This document shows, piece by piece, positions 51,168-64,000 of a stretch of DNA of 64,000 nt. Source of the DNA: Macrostomum hystrix (taxonomy: Eukaryota > Animalia > Platyhelminthes). Made by a program: the position numbers and the translations under genes. The stretch covers positions 13,330,001 to 13,394,000 of the forward strand of contig CATNEN010000039.1 of assembly GCA_950097015.1 (NCBI GenBank), in the 5' to 3' direction. Numbering within the stretch: position 1 is the stretch's first letter; every line of letters starts with the position of its first letter. The notes below the pieces were generated by a model, which did not search any database, was not told the DNA's origin, and was given only the letters and a program-made list of their open reading frames with translations.

Positions 51168-51738
51168 ATGAAATCGACTACCCAGCCATCTGTGCCGCTG
51201 GTGGATGCTGCGGGCCTGACCCAGCTGCTGCCTGACGAAGAAAGGTGAGTTATTTTGCTTCTACTCGGCCCCCCCAAGGCCGGTTATTGAGGGGTTATAA
51301 CGAGTTGGTTGCACATTTGAGTAAACATACTTTATTAGCCCTGGCACGCCCCGCTTGTTTTTACTTATAATTGATCCCTACCCGGGCACAGCGATGCCCT
51401 CGCACCGCTGTTAACAAAAAACCCTGTTGGCAGTTTTAATTAGAGTTAGATTGGATTTTAAATTTCACAAACATTACACTGGCGGTCGTTACCCCTTAAT
51501 AACCTTAATCTGTCCGCCTAATTTTTTTCAGTGATCATACGCCGCGACCCCCCATGCGAGTTACTTTTGCCATGCGTAAGTTGACGCGACCTGATTTCTA
51601 AAAACTTCTAACACCCTGCCCGCATCTAGCCACCATTTGAAATCTTTACCTATTGCTGCCCATCTATACCTCCCTAATACGCTCCAATACTCTTACTTTG
51701 CAGACATTGATTTGCCACCCGGGCAGGAGGCTGCCTAG
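51168..51738 (+). CDS. Second copy of the candidate 51-aa spliced micro-gene
   Basis: Same sequence at +6273 (51168-51244, 51532-51575, 51704-51738). Confidence 0.45.
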
Positions 51739-54204
51739 TCGCCCTCGCCATCGGCCTGATGAGGGGCCCGATTGGCGTGGCGGTGGCGGCCGGACTGATG
51801 GCCGCGGCATGCGCTCTACTGATTCCCGTACTCCGTCTTTGTTCTGTTCTTTGGCTAATTTATGCTGCTCAAATTTTTCGACCGCCTAGCGACCACGGAA
51901 AACTCGATTCTAACCGCTGGGATATATATATATTTGAAAATCTGGACCTACCCATTCGAACGATTCATTGCAAAATCCCTGCTCAGGTGCTCACCATTTG
52001 AACAAAGCAGGCTAAAAAAAAACTGCTTCCCTGATATGTGCTTTTTATTCCCAGAGGAAAAAGAAGCCCAAATCGTTCGAAATCTGCGGTTCGTGGAAAA
52101 ACAGATTGTCTCCCACATAATTAACCATATGACCCTGTCGGCCTCTTGATTGACAACCGCCTACTCCCAATCAAACATTGAAATCCCACATGCATACCAC
52201 CCCGCTCACTTTGGCGGGTTGGTAGGTATCCCTCCTAAGATAGAAGCCGACATGAACTAAACTCCCGACAACCCAGGCAAAAACGAGAGATAAAGGGTGC
52301 CATTCACATAAACGGTGCAACTAGAACTAAATGTTTAGAAAAAGAAGGTGCGAACCCTAATGTGCTACAGTTATGAAAAATCTCATGCGAAACTTTACAA
52401 GGGGAATTTCACCCCACTAAGTGTGTTTTTTTGTGGTTTTGGCTATTTTATATTGATTTTTAGGTAGAGTTTTGGCGCCAAGATGGCTTTTGATCGAAAA
52501 AGAAAAAAAACAGTTAGTGAGAAGATGTAGCTCGCTAAGCAAAATGATTCGGAGGAGGGCTTGGTCCCCTAGCGCGACCGTGTGGGTGCGTCTGGGCCCG
52601 CGCGGCTGTGCGCTGCCTACCCTCAGTCTGGGTCAGCGTCACTCGATGTTGCCCGGGGCTCGGAGCCGATCTCAGATTCGCGGAAACGAATCCTTCTGGC
52701 ATAGCCCCAGCGCTCGGGAGGTCTGATGCCTTCCCGAGGTCGCAGTTGCGTGCAGGGGCCGCCTTTCCTGGCCCCTCTCCGCGGAGACAGCCCTACCTCC
52801 AATCGGACGGGGGCGCCAATTGTCTCGACGACCTCACCCTCCTGGTCGGACATGTCGACCAAAAGAGGAAATGAGGATTTTGCAAAATTTGAGGGGGTTG
52901 TCGCTAAAGCAACACTGGGGATGAGAAAAAGTGGGCTAAGCGGGGTGCTGCACACGGCAGTGGCCGCGGAGAATAAGCAATTGAAAAACCCGGCCCTAGC
53001 GAACAAAGACTGCGATGCAGCGGCCGATAAAGCGATAAATGGAAAACTGATAGGAGAGAAAAAGGGCCCGGGGCCCTGGCTAGCTCTGCTTCCGGCCTCG
53101 GCTTCCGACAACTGCTTGCGCGCACTCGAAATTGGGACATAGGAGTCTAGGTTTTAACTTAGCACTCATTCAGCGACCCTATAGCGGACTGTTACACTAC
53201 AGGTACGGCGGGGCCAGTACTACTGCTGGCAGCGCCTGCAGCAGCCTATCGCCCTACCTTGGAAAGTACACGCCTTCAATAAGTTACTCAAGAAGGCTAA
53301 TCCCCGATTCGCTCAGAGGGCCCTTCCTGGGGGGGTGGCCAGGGGCTTCGCCTCTGCGATTTACAAGGCTGGGAAGTCCAGGTATTTTACATCTGGAGCC
53401 TCGCTTCGGCTTAGGAGTCCGTAGGGCAAAAGCCCGGTTACTGCGTTTAGACTACCCTTCAGAGAGCTTCTTAGAAAAGGACATGCCGACCGATTTCTAG
53501 CCTATCCCCAAGGTCGGCAGTTTCAGGGCGCGGGCACGGGTGTCGTTAGACTCCCTCAGGGTCCCGACCCTTAACTATTCCGCCCCTAAGTTAGACTTAG
53601 TCAAAGTTACGTGGCACCTTCAGAATCAGGAACATGAAAACGGGCCTTGCGCGACGCCCAAGGAAAGGCTAACCCCCGATTCGCTCAGAGGGCCCTTCCT
53701 GGGGGGGTGGCCAGGGGCTTCGCCTCTGCGATTTACAAGGCTGGGAAGTCCAGGTATTTCTCCTCTGGAACCTCGCTTCGGCTTAGGGGTCCGTGGCTCA
53801 GAGCCCGGTTACTCCGTTTAGATTACCCTCGCCTAGAACAATCACGCAGGAAAACCCCGCAGACAGTCCCCGACTCCTGCAGTAGCCACATAACCCGAAG
53901 ACACTCTAGCATGAAGTCCACTCACACAGCCTACTCATAGTAGAAAGTCACTAATCAGAATTTTTAGAAACTCTAACAAAACCTTACATTAAAGTCCGAA
54001 TCAAATTGAAACTGTTCAGAGAAAATTAATTGACAGTTACTCGGAACTGAAGTCCAGTCTCCAGAGATAAGATTCCGGCATACGGATAATGAAATCTAGA
54101 AGGAGCCCTTACGGCTAGCTACTACAGAAATCTGCAGCGCTAAACTAACAATTGAAATTTCAAGTTCGTTTCGCGCCCTTTCTAGATCCCACCGCTGCCA
54201 CCAT

Positions 54205-56522
54205 TGAAATAGCTGCGGGTTTGCAATCCGATGATCTGTCCTCGTGAAGGAAAGGAGTGTGGGGATGGCGATAGAGTCAGAAGTCGTACCGCAAAGTCTC
54301 GCGAGTTGCCGCGGAAAGAGGGATGAAGGGAGAGATGAAGGGAGAGACAGTGGATGCAGGGAGTGGTCCTCTCGGCCTCAGGCTGGCCAGTCCCACTCAA
54401 CCCATAGGCCACAGGCATGACTGCCGTGCCTACCCCAAGCAGTGCTCGAAACCGGCTAAAAGTCTAAATAGATGTCGGACTACCCGCAAGCGGATAGGAC
54501 AGGGCTAGGTAGCCTACTGTCATCAGTAGCATGTTCGTAACTGACTCCTAAACTTGGTAGCAGTGGTCGACTCGGCCTAGGCTCTTGTCTTAGAAATGCG
54601 GAAAGGCTATCGGCAAAGCGGAAAATGATCTAGGGTAGCGCCACCACCCAATGCGCCTGCGTTGCCACCGCAGACATTTGGAAACTTGGGTCCCCGGAGC
54701 TCGCGGCTCCTAGTTTGTCACACAGATCTTAGACAAGCCGAAAAAATAGAGCCTTCTGTAACTTCCGTTTTAGACTAGGGTGAAGACCCCAGAATGGATC
54801 GAGACACGCCTCAACAGGGGATTCCTGAATTTGCGCTACAGTGGTCTAGAAAGGTGGTACTCCGAACCCGAAAGAGAAATCCATAGCCAGAATCCTACTC
54901 ATGAGACATTAGACACATTCTGTACATTAGACTGCAGCCTACACATTAGATAACTAGCAATCCGAGTCTGTGCGAGTTGAGGAAAACAGAGGCAGGAGAG
55001 GTTAAGCTGAACACTGGCTGAGTGATTATGCAAGCGTGAGATTAATTGAACATCACTCTCGTTCCCGTGGCCGCAGGTGCGAAAGGGGGACAGCGGGAAA
55101 ACTCCATTGGAAAGGGAGCTCGACACGTACCTTGAACCCACCCAAGAGGGAGAAGGAAAACCGGCCAAGGATTCCCCCAACCCCTGGAAAGGAAAATGCA
55201 CATGCTACCCTCCGCATTTACTTACAAATCCCTAGCTCCATATTACTCTCATGCGCGCTTACAATTGCCTTCCTGCCGCAGCTTTCAGCTCGGCTGTGCC
55301 AGAGCCCATTCCCCTAATAGATTAGCCACTCATGGTAGAGGGCTGTCTAATGAGAAAATAAAGGTGAAAAGGAGACATAGTAAAAATTAGGTTGATGTTA
55401 AAAATTAGCCCAATAAGTTAAAGGTGCTTTAGATTAAGTGGTTTTATTAGGCTGAAACAATTCCTAACTCCCCTCCCACTAAATGCCGCCTAAACTAATA
55501 GAAAGCCCCTTAGGAGCAATAATTGCAAACCGCTGCGCGGATTACTTATCTGGACGCTTCGGCCGCGTGCTGCAATCCCGTTGTTCTCGGGGAAGAGGAT
55601 GGGGTAAGATAGTAAAAGCCGGGAAGGGAAAGATGCTGCGAGTCGGCAGGGGGCCAACACGCTTGGAGCTCAAAGGCTCAATTTAGAGCTCACCTAAGAG
55701 GTGGCTTGCGCTTAGGGAATGGGAACAGGCAATTGGCCTGTGCTTATCTGCTCGGAGCTCAAGGCTCAAGGGTCTAAGCCCTACGTGGTCGGAAATAGTG
55801 CTCTGGGTCCGGTGGGAGTCCGGCCCGGCTTAGGTAAGTCCGGCAGGGGAGAAGGGGAAGAGCCGGCGGGGGAAAAAGGTCCTCCCGGGAGCAGCGCAGC
55901 GCGCTTGCTTAAATAGGCCTTGCAGCACGCCAACCCCGACATCCATCAAAGCAACCCACATTCGCGCCCGCCTGTCAACGGGGAATCGAAGCGACGACAG
56001 GCCGCCCCAATTGCCCAATGAACCGGCGGCGAGAAACGACAGATGTTCTGCTCGAACAGCCGTCGGCAGTCGGCCAATGATTGTTACTCCGCCAGGACAA
56101 TGGGAAGCGCAGGCGCCGACCTGCCTACAGTGACATTTACATGTATCTAAAGGAGGGAGGCCATAAAGTCGAGCTGGGCTCGAATACTGTAAAGAAGTGG
56201 GGACATGAAGAATTAATGATCACTCATAACGCCCGAGTGATCCCCTATATCTGATCGCGGTTTGGAGGGGAATTATGACCTAAACTACTCGTACAATAAA
56301 AGCTATGGCCGCGATCAGTCATTCCTACAGGGGTCTAGACAACTCCGGAGAGAGAGGATTCGACAGCTACTTGATTCACCGCCGCCTCAAACCCGGCCCT
56401 AAGATTAATGATCTTGTTTTGTGGCCAGCTGCTATGTGGGTCGCAATCATTAGTTACTTAAAAATTTGAAAAATTATGCTGGCTCACACTCCCACTCGAT
56501 TCCCGCAGCACACTCCACATCA
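54205..56522 (-). repeat. 5' LTR
   Basis: Followed by the PBS; flanked by the TSD. Confidence 0.9.
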
Positions 56523-56960
56523 ACTGAAGCACAGGGCAGCTGCGAAGGCTACTTATAATAAGTCAGAGTTGATTATCACCAGTTGGAACATAGATGGACT
56601 GACGCTCAGTGGAGAATTTAAAATGGAGTCACCAAGTTTCCACGAACATATTAGGAATAGAGACATAGTTTTCCTCTGTGAGACCCACGCCAAACAGGAG
56701 CAGTTAGACTCAAACACGCTGATAAATTTCACCTTCTTTGGAGCAGATGAAATCAAGGCAAGGGGAGTCAACAAAGGGAGATTATCAAACGCCATGGTTT
56801 ACCTCGTAAAAAATAATATTGCAAAGAGAAGCACCTTGGTGCACAAATCTGACTTCGCTCTGGTACTAAAAATAAAGCAAAAGCATTGGTTGCCTGCTGA
56901 GAGGCATTGGTTGCCTGTTGGGGAGAGAATTGGTTGCCTGCAAGAGGACATTGCTATTTG
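56523..56960 (+). mobile_element. LINE ORF2 N-terminus: AP-like (EEP) endonuclease, truncated
   Basis: LIITSWNIDGL...DIVFLCETH...KGRLSNAMVYLVK motifs typical of LINE endonucleases. Confidence 0.8.
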
Positions 56961-57193
56961 CTAAAGGAGCCATTAACTGCCTGCTAAAGGGTTGCCATTA
57001 AATAGGTGCCAAAGGGGTGTCTAAAAGCTTGGAAGAATCAAAAAGCTTTGACTAGTGAAATGATTGTGACGTACGTATGATGCTAACAATCGCGCTAACG
57101 AAATCCTGAACAGATTGCATGAGTCACAAAACTAATTGATCGAATCTTTATCAGCCCACACTGCTCCAGGGTAAACTAGGTAACTGGGGGAAG

Positions 57194-57566
<373 letters not shown>

Positions 57567-58425
57567 CAGCAAAAGTTTGAATTTTCTAGAAATTTAGGAT
57601 TTTGAAGACATGATCAAGCTTAGATCTGTAAAGGATATCTTCTAAATTCGCGTTTTGCAGAAAGCTATCTAAGAATTTCAGACAAGGAATCGATTAGAAA
57701 CATCTGTGTCCGCTGAGTTGTGTAAAAGATTTCCGAAGGGAAAAGTTCAACTTTATTTTCTGCTTGCATTAGTAATTTTTTCATGTTGGTCACCAATGTT
57801 ATTTCGAAACACTTACTGACGATTAGGAAACATTTTTTCCATGGAGTTCTACGAGTACAATATTGCATATGATATTTTATTGTTCTGTTATTCATAACTC
57901 CTTGATAATCCTTCCAAAGCGCGATGACTTAAATACTGAGACCTCGTTCAACCACTTCAGCGCATGACAGAATTTTATGATATTCACTCTCTGATTCAAG
58001 CAGGTCCGACCTCAGAAAACTGTTGAGCCACTTTTTGTCTCATTTCCACTTCACAGCGTCTCTGAACTCGGATACATGGCGTTAACTCGCAACAGACGGT
58101 GCATGTACATGCCTTTTCTGAAGCAGGGTCACGAACGAAAATTCTCATTTTAACAATGCCACCTGAAGATTGACTTTATTAATACACAAGTAAGCTTCCT
58201 TTTTCCTTTATCTCACCCACCCAACGAAACAATAGTTGTTCATGGTATTGACAGCAGTGGGAAGCCTGAATACAACTAATTGCATATATCATTCTGATAT
58301 GATCTGCCGGATCTCTGACGTGATTGGACAAAAAAATTGTTTAACCGGACAGATTTTTCATGCAATATAACCAACTGCGCGTCTGAATTCCTGCCAGACA
58401 CTTTTCAGAGCCAGTGAATGTAAAA

Positions 58426-59192
58426 ATGCTGAAGGGATTTAGCTACGCACTCAAAGTGTTCCTGCTCTTCTGGATGCTTCAAGTCGTCCGCTGCGCTGTG
58501 CTGCCACCACAGCCTCAGAGCTACAGACAAGTTGGCTGCTACGTTGATGGTAAAAATGCCAACAGGGACCTGCTTGGACTGCAGGGTATAGCAAGCCTGG
58601 GACCGTATAATCCGGACCCCGGAAACCCAGCTTTCGTCTACGATGCGTCTAATGCGTTTCAGCTGACACTCGAGCTGTGCAGCCGGATCTGCTCCTACGG
58701 ACGATTTCGTTACTTCGGAACGCAGTCCAGAGCCTTCTGCGCCTGCGACTCGACCTACGGCTCATTAGGAGCTGCACTAGCCAGCGACTGCATTTATCCC
58801 TGCAATGGGAACACATCCCAGAAGTGCGGCGGTGACTTAAGGAACTCCATTTATGAAAACAACTACTTACAGTGTGAGTAAAGCTGAGAATGTACTAAAT
58901 GTTTTAAGTGCAATTATGAGTGTCCACTTTGCCAATTCGTCCCTCAGCTTGTCCTACAATGTCGAAGCAGCTCATGGCTTCCATGCCGAGTATCTCCGTG
59001 TCGGCTGGCTACTCGACCCACTACAGCGAGACCGCCTTCAGTGACATCGAGTGCGCGGCCGCCTGCCACCGCCGCCCTGACTGCCTCGTCTGTGCGTTCG
59101 TCAAGGCTGTCCGGATGTGCCACCTCATGCGGTTCTTCGCTGTGCCCAGCGGGGTCGCTAACCAGAGCCAGTGGGTCTGGACCAAGCTGTAA
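58426..59192 (+). CDS. Secreted WSC-domain + PAN/apple-like protein (exons 58426-58873, 58948-59192; ~230 aa)
   Basis: Signal peptide; WSC motif (YRQVGCYVD...LTLELCSRIC...YFGTQ...CAC...C-PC-GN--QKCGG--RNSIY); 74-nt GTGAGT..CCTCAG intron; C-terminal ECAAAC-RPDC-AF-C-L module. Confidence 0.85.
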
Positions 59193-60119
59193 ATTGCTCG
59201 ATAATACGAAATAACTAGTCAAGTCGAATGACTACAAAATGAATAACAACAGGAAGCTTATAAAAGCTTGATGTCAACTTAGGCTCTAGAACGGAGTCCG
59301 AGGTCAATCCTCGAACCAAACCAACTGAAATCAGTAGCTGGTCGATCCAATCGACAAGAAACGCCGAGACATCTCACCCCAGTGATTATTGTATTATCTT
59401 CCGACGTTACGGGGATCAAGGACTACTAAACAACACTTTGTTTAGTAGTCCTTGAGGGGGATCCTTCTGAGATAACTTGTCCTTCCATATGTCCTTCCCC
59501 TTACAGTATGATTCATCCGTGGTCTAACCTTGAGCTGTCAAGTCGCTTTTTATGATTTCTGGATTGTAGATGTTTATTTATTAAGGTCAAGATCAAGGTC
59601 AGGCTGATCATGCGATCACGGCGTGCGCGCGTGACTCTTGTCCCAATAAAAAGGAGTGGTGCGGCGGCTCTTCTCGATATGAGTTTCGTTTCCCTATCGC
59701 TATTCTTCATCCTTCGTTCTTCTACGTTTTTCAACCTTGGTTCGTCATAGTTCAGACTGGTAACCGTCCATCGTATCGTCTGACACTGCTTATTTGCTAG
59801 TGACTGTTTCGTACCGCTCTGTCCACTTAAGAACTTCGGCACGTCGTCGAGCTGTCCGATCTGACCTTGTCTGCTCCATCCATGTAATAGGGCTGACCCT
59901 GCAGTTGCACATCAGATGCACTGAGCATCCCAGACTTCGATTTTAATGTACTTAAAGTTTATTCCGTGTTTACTAATAAGATAGTTCGATTTTCAGAAAG
60001 ATTTTCAGATTAGACAACTTGCAATCAAATTCAACCGGATCAGAATTTCTCTACATGTTCACGAAAGTCTGAGCGAGTAAACTGCGTGCGGATTTCTGTT
60101 TTTGGTGCGAGTCCATGAA

Positions 60120-61300
60120 AGCCGAATTTCATGAGGTGCTCTGTGCCAATGGCTGATCATATGGACGAAGAGGAACACGGCTGTGTGGAAGAGCAAGACG
60201 ATGCGGAGGATCGTGGACACTATTTATAGGATTTCGAATGAGGATAGAGCCGTCTGTTGGATGCACATGCGAGCGGCGAAGACTTCGTCCATCTGGCGGT
60301 GCTGCTGAATATCAATAGAACTACGGAATACTCAATCTTGCGTTCCGGAAGAAGGGAGAAGAGACCGAAAGGGTGGAAGAAGGAATGCGAAATTCGACAT
60401 CGAGATGGCGGAGTACTGTTCCGAACTGCTTGACGACAACGGTGTTCTAACTCTGGAGAAGATCAAGGAACACTTGAGCGCGAGGTTTCCCAACTAGCAG
60501 ACTGTCGCGATATCGACACTGAGCAGTCAGTTGGACGGCATGATGTTCACCGTTAAGCTCGTTCGCGACACACCCGCAGAAAGAATCACAGTGAGCAACA
60601 CTCAACTACTTTACATGCTCCTCTAGTCAGTAGTTGAGTGTTCAATCTAGCGTTCAATGTCGAGGCTTGATCAGCGAAAGTAGAGAAATTCGCTTTAGGG
60701 ACTCCATAGTCGGCTGGTGCCACTTGTTGAAGGTCCAGCAGCTCCGTCTAGATAAAGGTCGGTGACCGCCGAAGTCGGAGATGATGTAAGCACATTCGGG
60801 TGACATGCTGATAAAGTTTGAAGGTCTGGCAAGGCCGCACTGAGGCGCAGTGCAAATTCGTGTGTAGGGGTGTATGAAATACACTAGCTCTTATGGGAAA
60901 AATCGACCTTCGGCCAGAAGCATTGAATATCTCGACGGTCTGAAGAGCTGGCGACTTGTTTCTTGTTTCAGAAGATGTGCAACAAAAATTTGGCCCGTGT
61001 TCTTGAGTTTCGTGTGCTTGCATTGTTCCGTTCGGGTGCAGCAAAAAAAATTGTCAGGGGGGGGGGAAATTCCCCCCCTTGGTAGTTCTACTGTTAAGCG
61101 GGATGCGCGACGTGTTTATCAGTCATAAAGTTAAAGCGCGTGCCGGCCGCACCCTCGTGGAATACAGACGGAATGAACTGGCCCGTCTCGCGGGCATCAC
61201 GGTGAACGACAGTATCACAACGGACAAGTACCAACAGTGGTGCAACCACTGTTGGTGGTTGCAGGCTCCTCTACCGTGCTCACGGATCTGTCAGTTAGAA
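60120..61300 (+). mobile_element. Decayed Tc1/IS630-like transposase; N-terminal (60120-60590) and C-terminal (61090-61300) parts separated by unrelated sequence
   Basis: GEDFVHLAVLLNINRTTEYSI...DDNGVLTLEKIKEHL...VAISTLSSQLDGMMFTVK...PAER and VKR...RAGRTLVEYR...ITTDKYQQWCNH; stops and frameshifts; DDE core not seen. Confidence 0.6.
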
Positions 61301-63671
61301 AACTCTATGAGCTTTAGCAGTGTATTGTGTTTCGACTTCACTCTTCCAAAATTTTTAATACAATACAGTTCTGCTCCGGTTTAATTTGATTGCAAGTTTT
61401 CTAATCTGAGAATCTTTCTGCTTGTCTGTATCCCATTTTGGCATAGACAAAACACACCCTGCCATGGCGTGTTGAACTTGAATGATGACTGGCGAACTTG
61501 ATCGATAGTTGTCTAATTTGAATTTTGCGTTGACTAAGAAATCCATAGACCGGCTTACTTGAATAAAACTTGGCTAAACTGATTGGCAAAACATTGAGTT
61601 TGACAGGAAAGGGTGTAATAGTGGCAGTACGGGGAAAATACTTGTTAAATATAGAATAAATTGATGAATTCCCTCCTTTTGTGGTAAGGAATTTATCACT
61701 TCCAGCAACTGCTGGGTGCCCCAGTAATTAAGACGAATTTAGTAGAAGTGGTAGATCTTACCTTCGTTAGTTTTAGTTGCTTCTCTGGTCGGTTGCGGCC
61801 GGTTAGTCCTCTTCGGTTGCGGCCGGCTTTGAAGTTCTCTGATGCGCTGGGTTTCTGGTTGCCCTTCAGGTGCCTGGATCGTTCGAATACAATAGGAGTT
61901 AATGTATTCTCTTTGTCTCGGTTGCGGTTACAACGGACCAATAGTAATCAGGTGTAGTATCTTCCTGACTCCGATTTGTCGTTGATGTCGGTTAGCCAAT
62001 AGTCACTTGTGGAGTGTGTTCCTTCTTACCAGCTCTGGTAGGTTCTACCACGAGTCTGGCGCTTACCCTTTGTAGTATAATCAATGAAATCACACGTCTG
62101 TGATTACAATTTAATCGTTGGTTTAACGATTACTTGGAGAGGTTTAACTTAGCTCAGTAAAATACTTCTAATTAATAATTAATTAATTAGGATAACTCAA
62201 GGAACTCTTTCCACAAGTCTTGGACCTGGAGTCCGATCCACTTCAGATTTATTCTCTCCGTTTTCTCTTCTCGGCGAGACTGTGAATCTGGGCTCGCTTA
62301 GGAGTTCTTTTATTTATAGAGACTCGGACCATCTCGGGTTAGATGGATTATCGCTTTCTTGACCTTTTGGTTGATTTTGGGTAACATGATTGGTGGGATT
62401 GTTGGTTGTCTATGACATAAAATTTGATTGGATACTATTAATATATATATATATATATATATAGTAGTCACATGATTTTTGATTGAGTCGTTTCTCCTTT
62501 TTTGGCGAAATGAATCACATGCTGTACTTGTATGTTTTCTGGTTCGCATTTTCTAAAAGTTCTACTAAGCGGATGAGTAGAGTAGTTAGCGCATGATTGG
62601 TTAAAATAAATAGTACCGTAATTCTGCACTCTAAAAAATATGTTGAGGTGATGTCGTCCTATACAAACTACTTAAAGTGGCAGTTAAGTATTTTTATTCG
62701 ATGTTTATTTATTAGCAATTTATTTAGTATGAGTAATCCGACATATGTGTTGCATTCCAAGGTGGAATGGAAACTGAGCCTAACCTGTAGTCGCGTCATT
62801 TGGGCCTGGTGATAAGAGTTTACCTTATTAATAAGCACGAGCCTGTCGGAAAGGCTCTTTTCTCGTCGTTTCTTTCGACTCTCCTCTTTCCTCTCATGCT
62901 CACCGATTAGTTAATCAGTACGTTTCACTGCACTTTAATTGTTCGCCTTCTATCGTCCTTTTAGCCCATAGACTACGCAGCCTGCCCGCCCCCTTGGTTA
63001 ACTCAATCGTTGTCTATGTTCTAATTCTCTGCTCGTTACAGTTCCCCTTTAGTTGCTTCTAGTGCGCACTAAGCCCACTAGTTCTTTCGTTCCAACTGCT
63101 TTTCACTTTCTTAACGTTAAATTACAAGCAAGGAAATTTGCTTGTCGGAAGCATTTCCGACAGGGCTTCCTCCAGAATTCTTTCGACCTCGTACGAGGTT
63201 GTTTTGACTGGAAACTCTCTATCTTGGGTTGGGCTCTCTGGCTCTGCTGCATCCCAAAAATCCTCTATGCAAAATTCGTCTTCCCTTGCTGACTGTTCTA
63301 CTCTCTGAGAATACCTCGCATAGAGTACCTATCTTCGGCCATGGACCCATGGGATGTGAGTCAAAAGTACATGCTCTGTTCAGAGCGAAAGCCCCATTTC
63401 GTGAGGGTCAGTGAGCTGGGCTGTCCCGTAGGTGGCTGGTGGAACCCTGCCTAGCAGGTTCTACATTCCGTCACACCTAAAGCTACCAAGTACATCAGAG
63501 GTGAAGTATTTGCGGAGAGTAAAGGCCCGGTTCTCCCATTGCTATCCCTCGGGAGCCGGCACCGCCTTCTTGAGATAGAGGCTGAAAAGGGGCGACGTCA
63601 GTGTGTTTAACTTTCCGATTCTCGAATTGTAAAATGTTAAAGCAAAAAATAATTTTTTAACAACCACAGGC

Positions 63672-63812
63672 CTTCCCACTGGGCACAGCAAAGAACCGCA
63701 TGAGGTGGGACATCTGGACAACCTTGACGAATGCGCAGACGAGGCAGCCAGGGCGGCTGTGGCAGGCGTCCGCGAACTCGACGTCACTGAAGGCGGTCTC
63801 GTTGTAGTGGTG
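63672..63812 (-). pseudogene. Third, fragmentary copy of the WSC+PAN-like gene exon 2
   Basis: HYNETAFSDVEFADACHSRPGCLVCAFVKVVQMSHLMRFFAVPSG; Cys substitutions; truncated at both ends. Confidence 0.75.
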
Positions 63813-64000
63813 TCTGCTCATAGAGGCTGTCTGATCATAGAGGCTGTCTGATCATAGAGTGCTGTCTGATCATAGAGTGCTGTCTGCTCATAGAGGCTGT
63901 CTGATCATAGAGTGCTGTTTGATCATAGAGGCTGTCTGATCATAGAGTGCTCTCTGCTCATAGAGGCTGTCTGATCATAGAGGCTGTCTGATCATAGAGG
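63812..64000. repeat. 17/18-bp minisatellite (CTGTCTGATCATAGAGG), runs off the window
   Basis: About 11 copies. Confidence 0.92.

Larger units (their letters stand above)
41659..56522 (-). mobile_element. Tandem non-autonomous LTR retroelement (LARD-like): LTR-int-LTR-int-LTR, period 6273 bp
   Basis: Three 2318-bp LTRs (41659-43976, 47932-50249, 54205-56522) with TGA...TCA ends; TSD ACTG at 41655-41658 and 56523-56526; PBS and PPT present; no gag/pol ORF in the 3955-bp internal parts. Confidence 0.92.

Noticed and set aside
41659-56522. rDNA, histone cluster or ordinary segmental duplication
   Set aside because: No rRNA or histone motifs; TG..CA ends, PBS, PPT and TSD explain it as an LTR element.
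58414-59192. Two-gene operon (WSC ORF plus a second ORF)
   Set aside because: A 74-nt GT-AG intron joins them in frame.
61690-63475. Solo LTR on the minus strand (TGTGAC start at 63475, TATA-like at ~62315)
   Set aside because: Composition is LTR-like, but the second terminus, TSD and PBS could not be established.

Overview
Eukaryotic, intron-rich, minisatellite-laden animal DNA. The style suggests a flatworm such as Macrostomum (inference only). Spliced genes reconstructed by hand: (1) 5' part of an SLC35A4-like nucleotide-sugar transporter (-), with a 4.9-kb 41-bp satellite in its first coding intron; (2) a complete 12-exon TRPC/TRP-gamma-like channel (-, 34805..13300, ~1062 aa, polyQ tail); (3) nested antisense in a TRPC intron, a 7-exon Delta-like gene (+, 16480..20582, ~456 aa) with signal peptide, MNNL/C2 and DSL-like domains but no EGF repeats, followed by a mucin stalk, TM helix and a YEEP/PPLPPR tail; (4) a secreted WSC + PAN/apple-like gene (+, 58426..59192) with two decayed inverted paralogs. 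The right half is dominated by a 14.9-kb tandem non-autonomous LTR element (LTR-int-LTR-int-LTR, 2318-bp LTRs, tRNA-Leu PBS, ACTG TSD) inserted into a LINE. Its internal domain lacks gag/pol but carries a candidate TATA-preceded, three-exon antisense micro-gene. The window also holds mariner, Tc1/IS630 and LINE relics, tRNA-derived SINEs and about 15 tandem-repeat arrays. All coordinates were counted by hand; no database searches were run.
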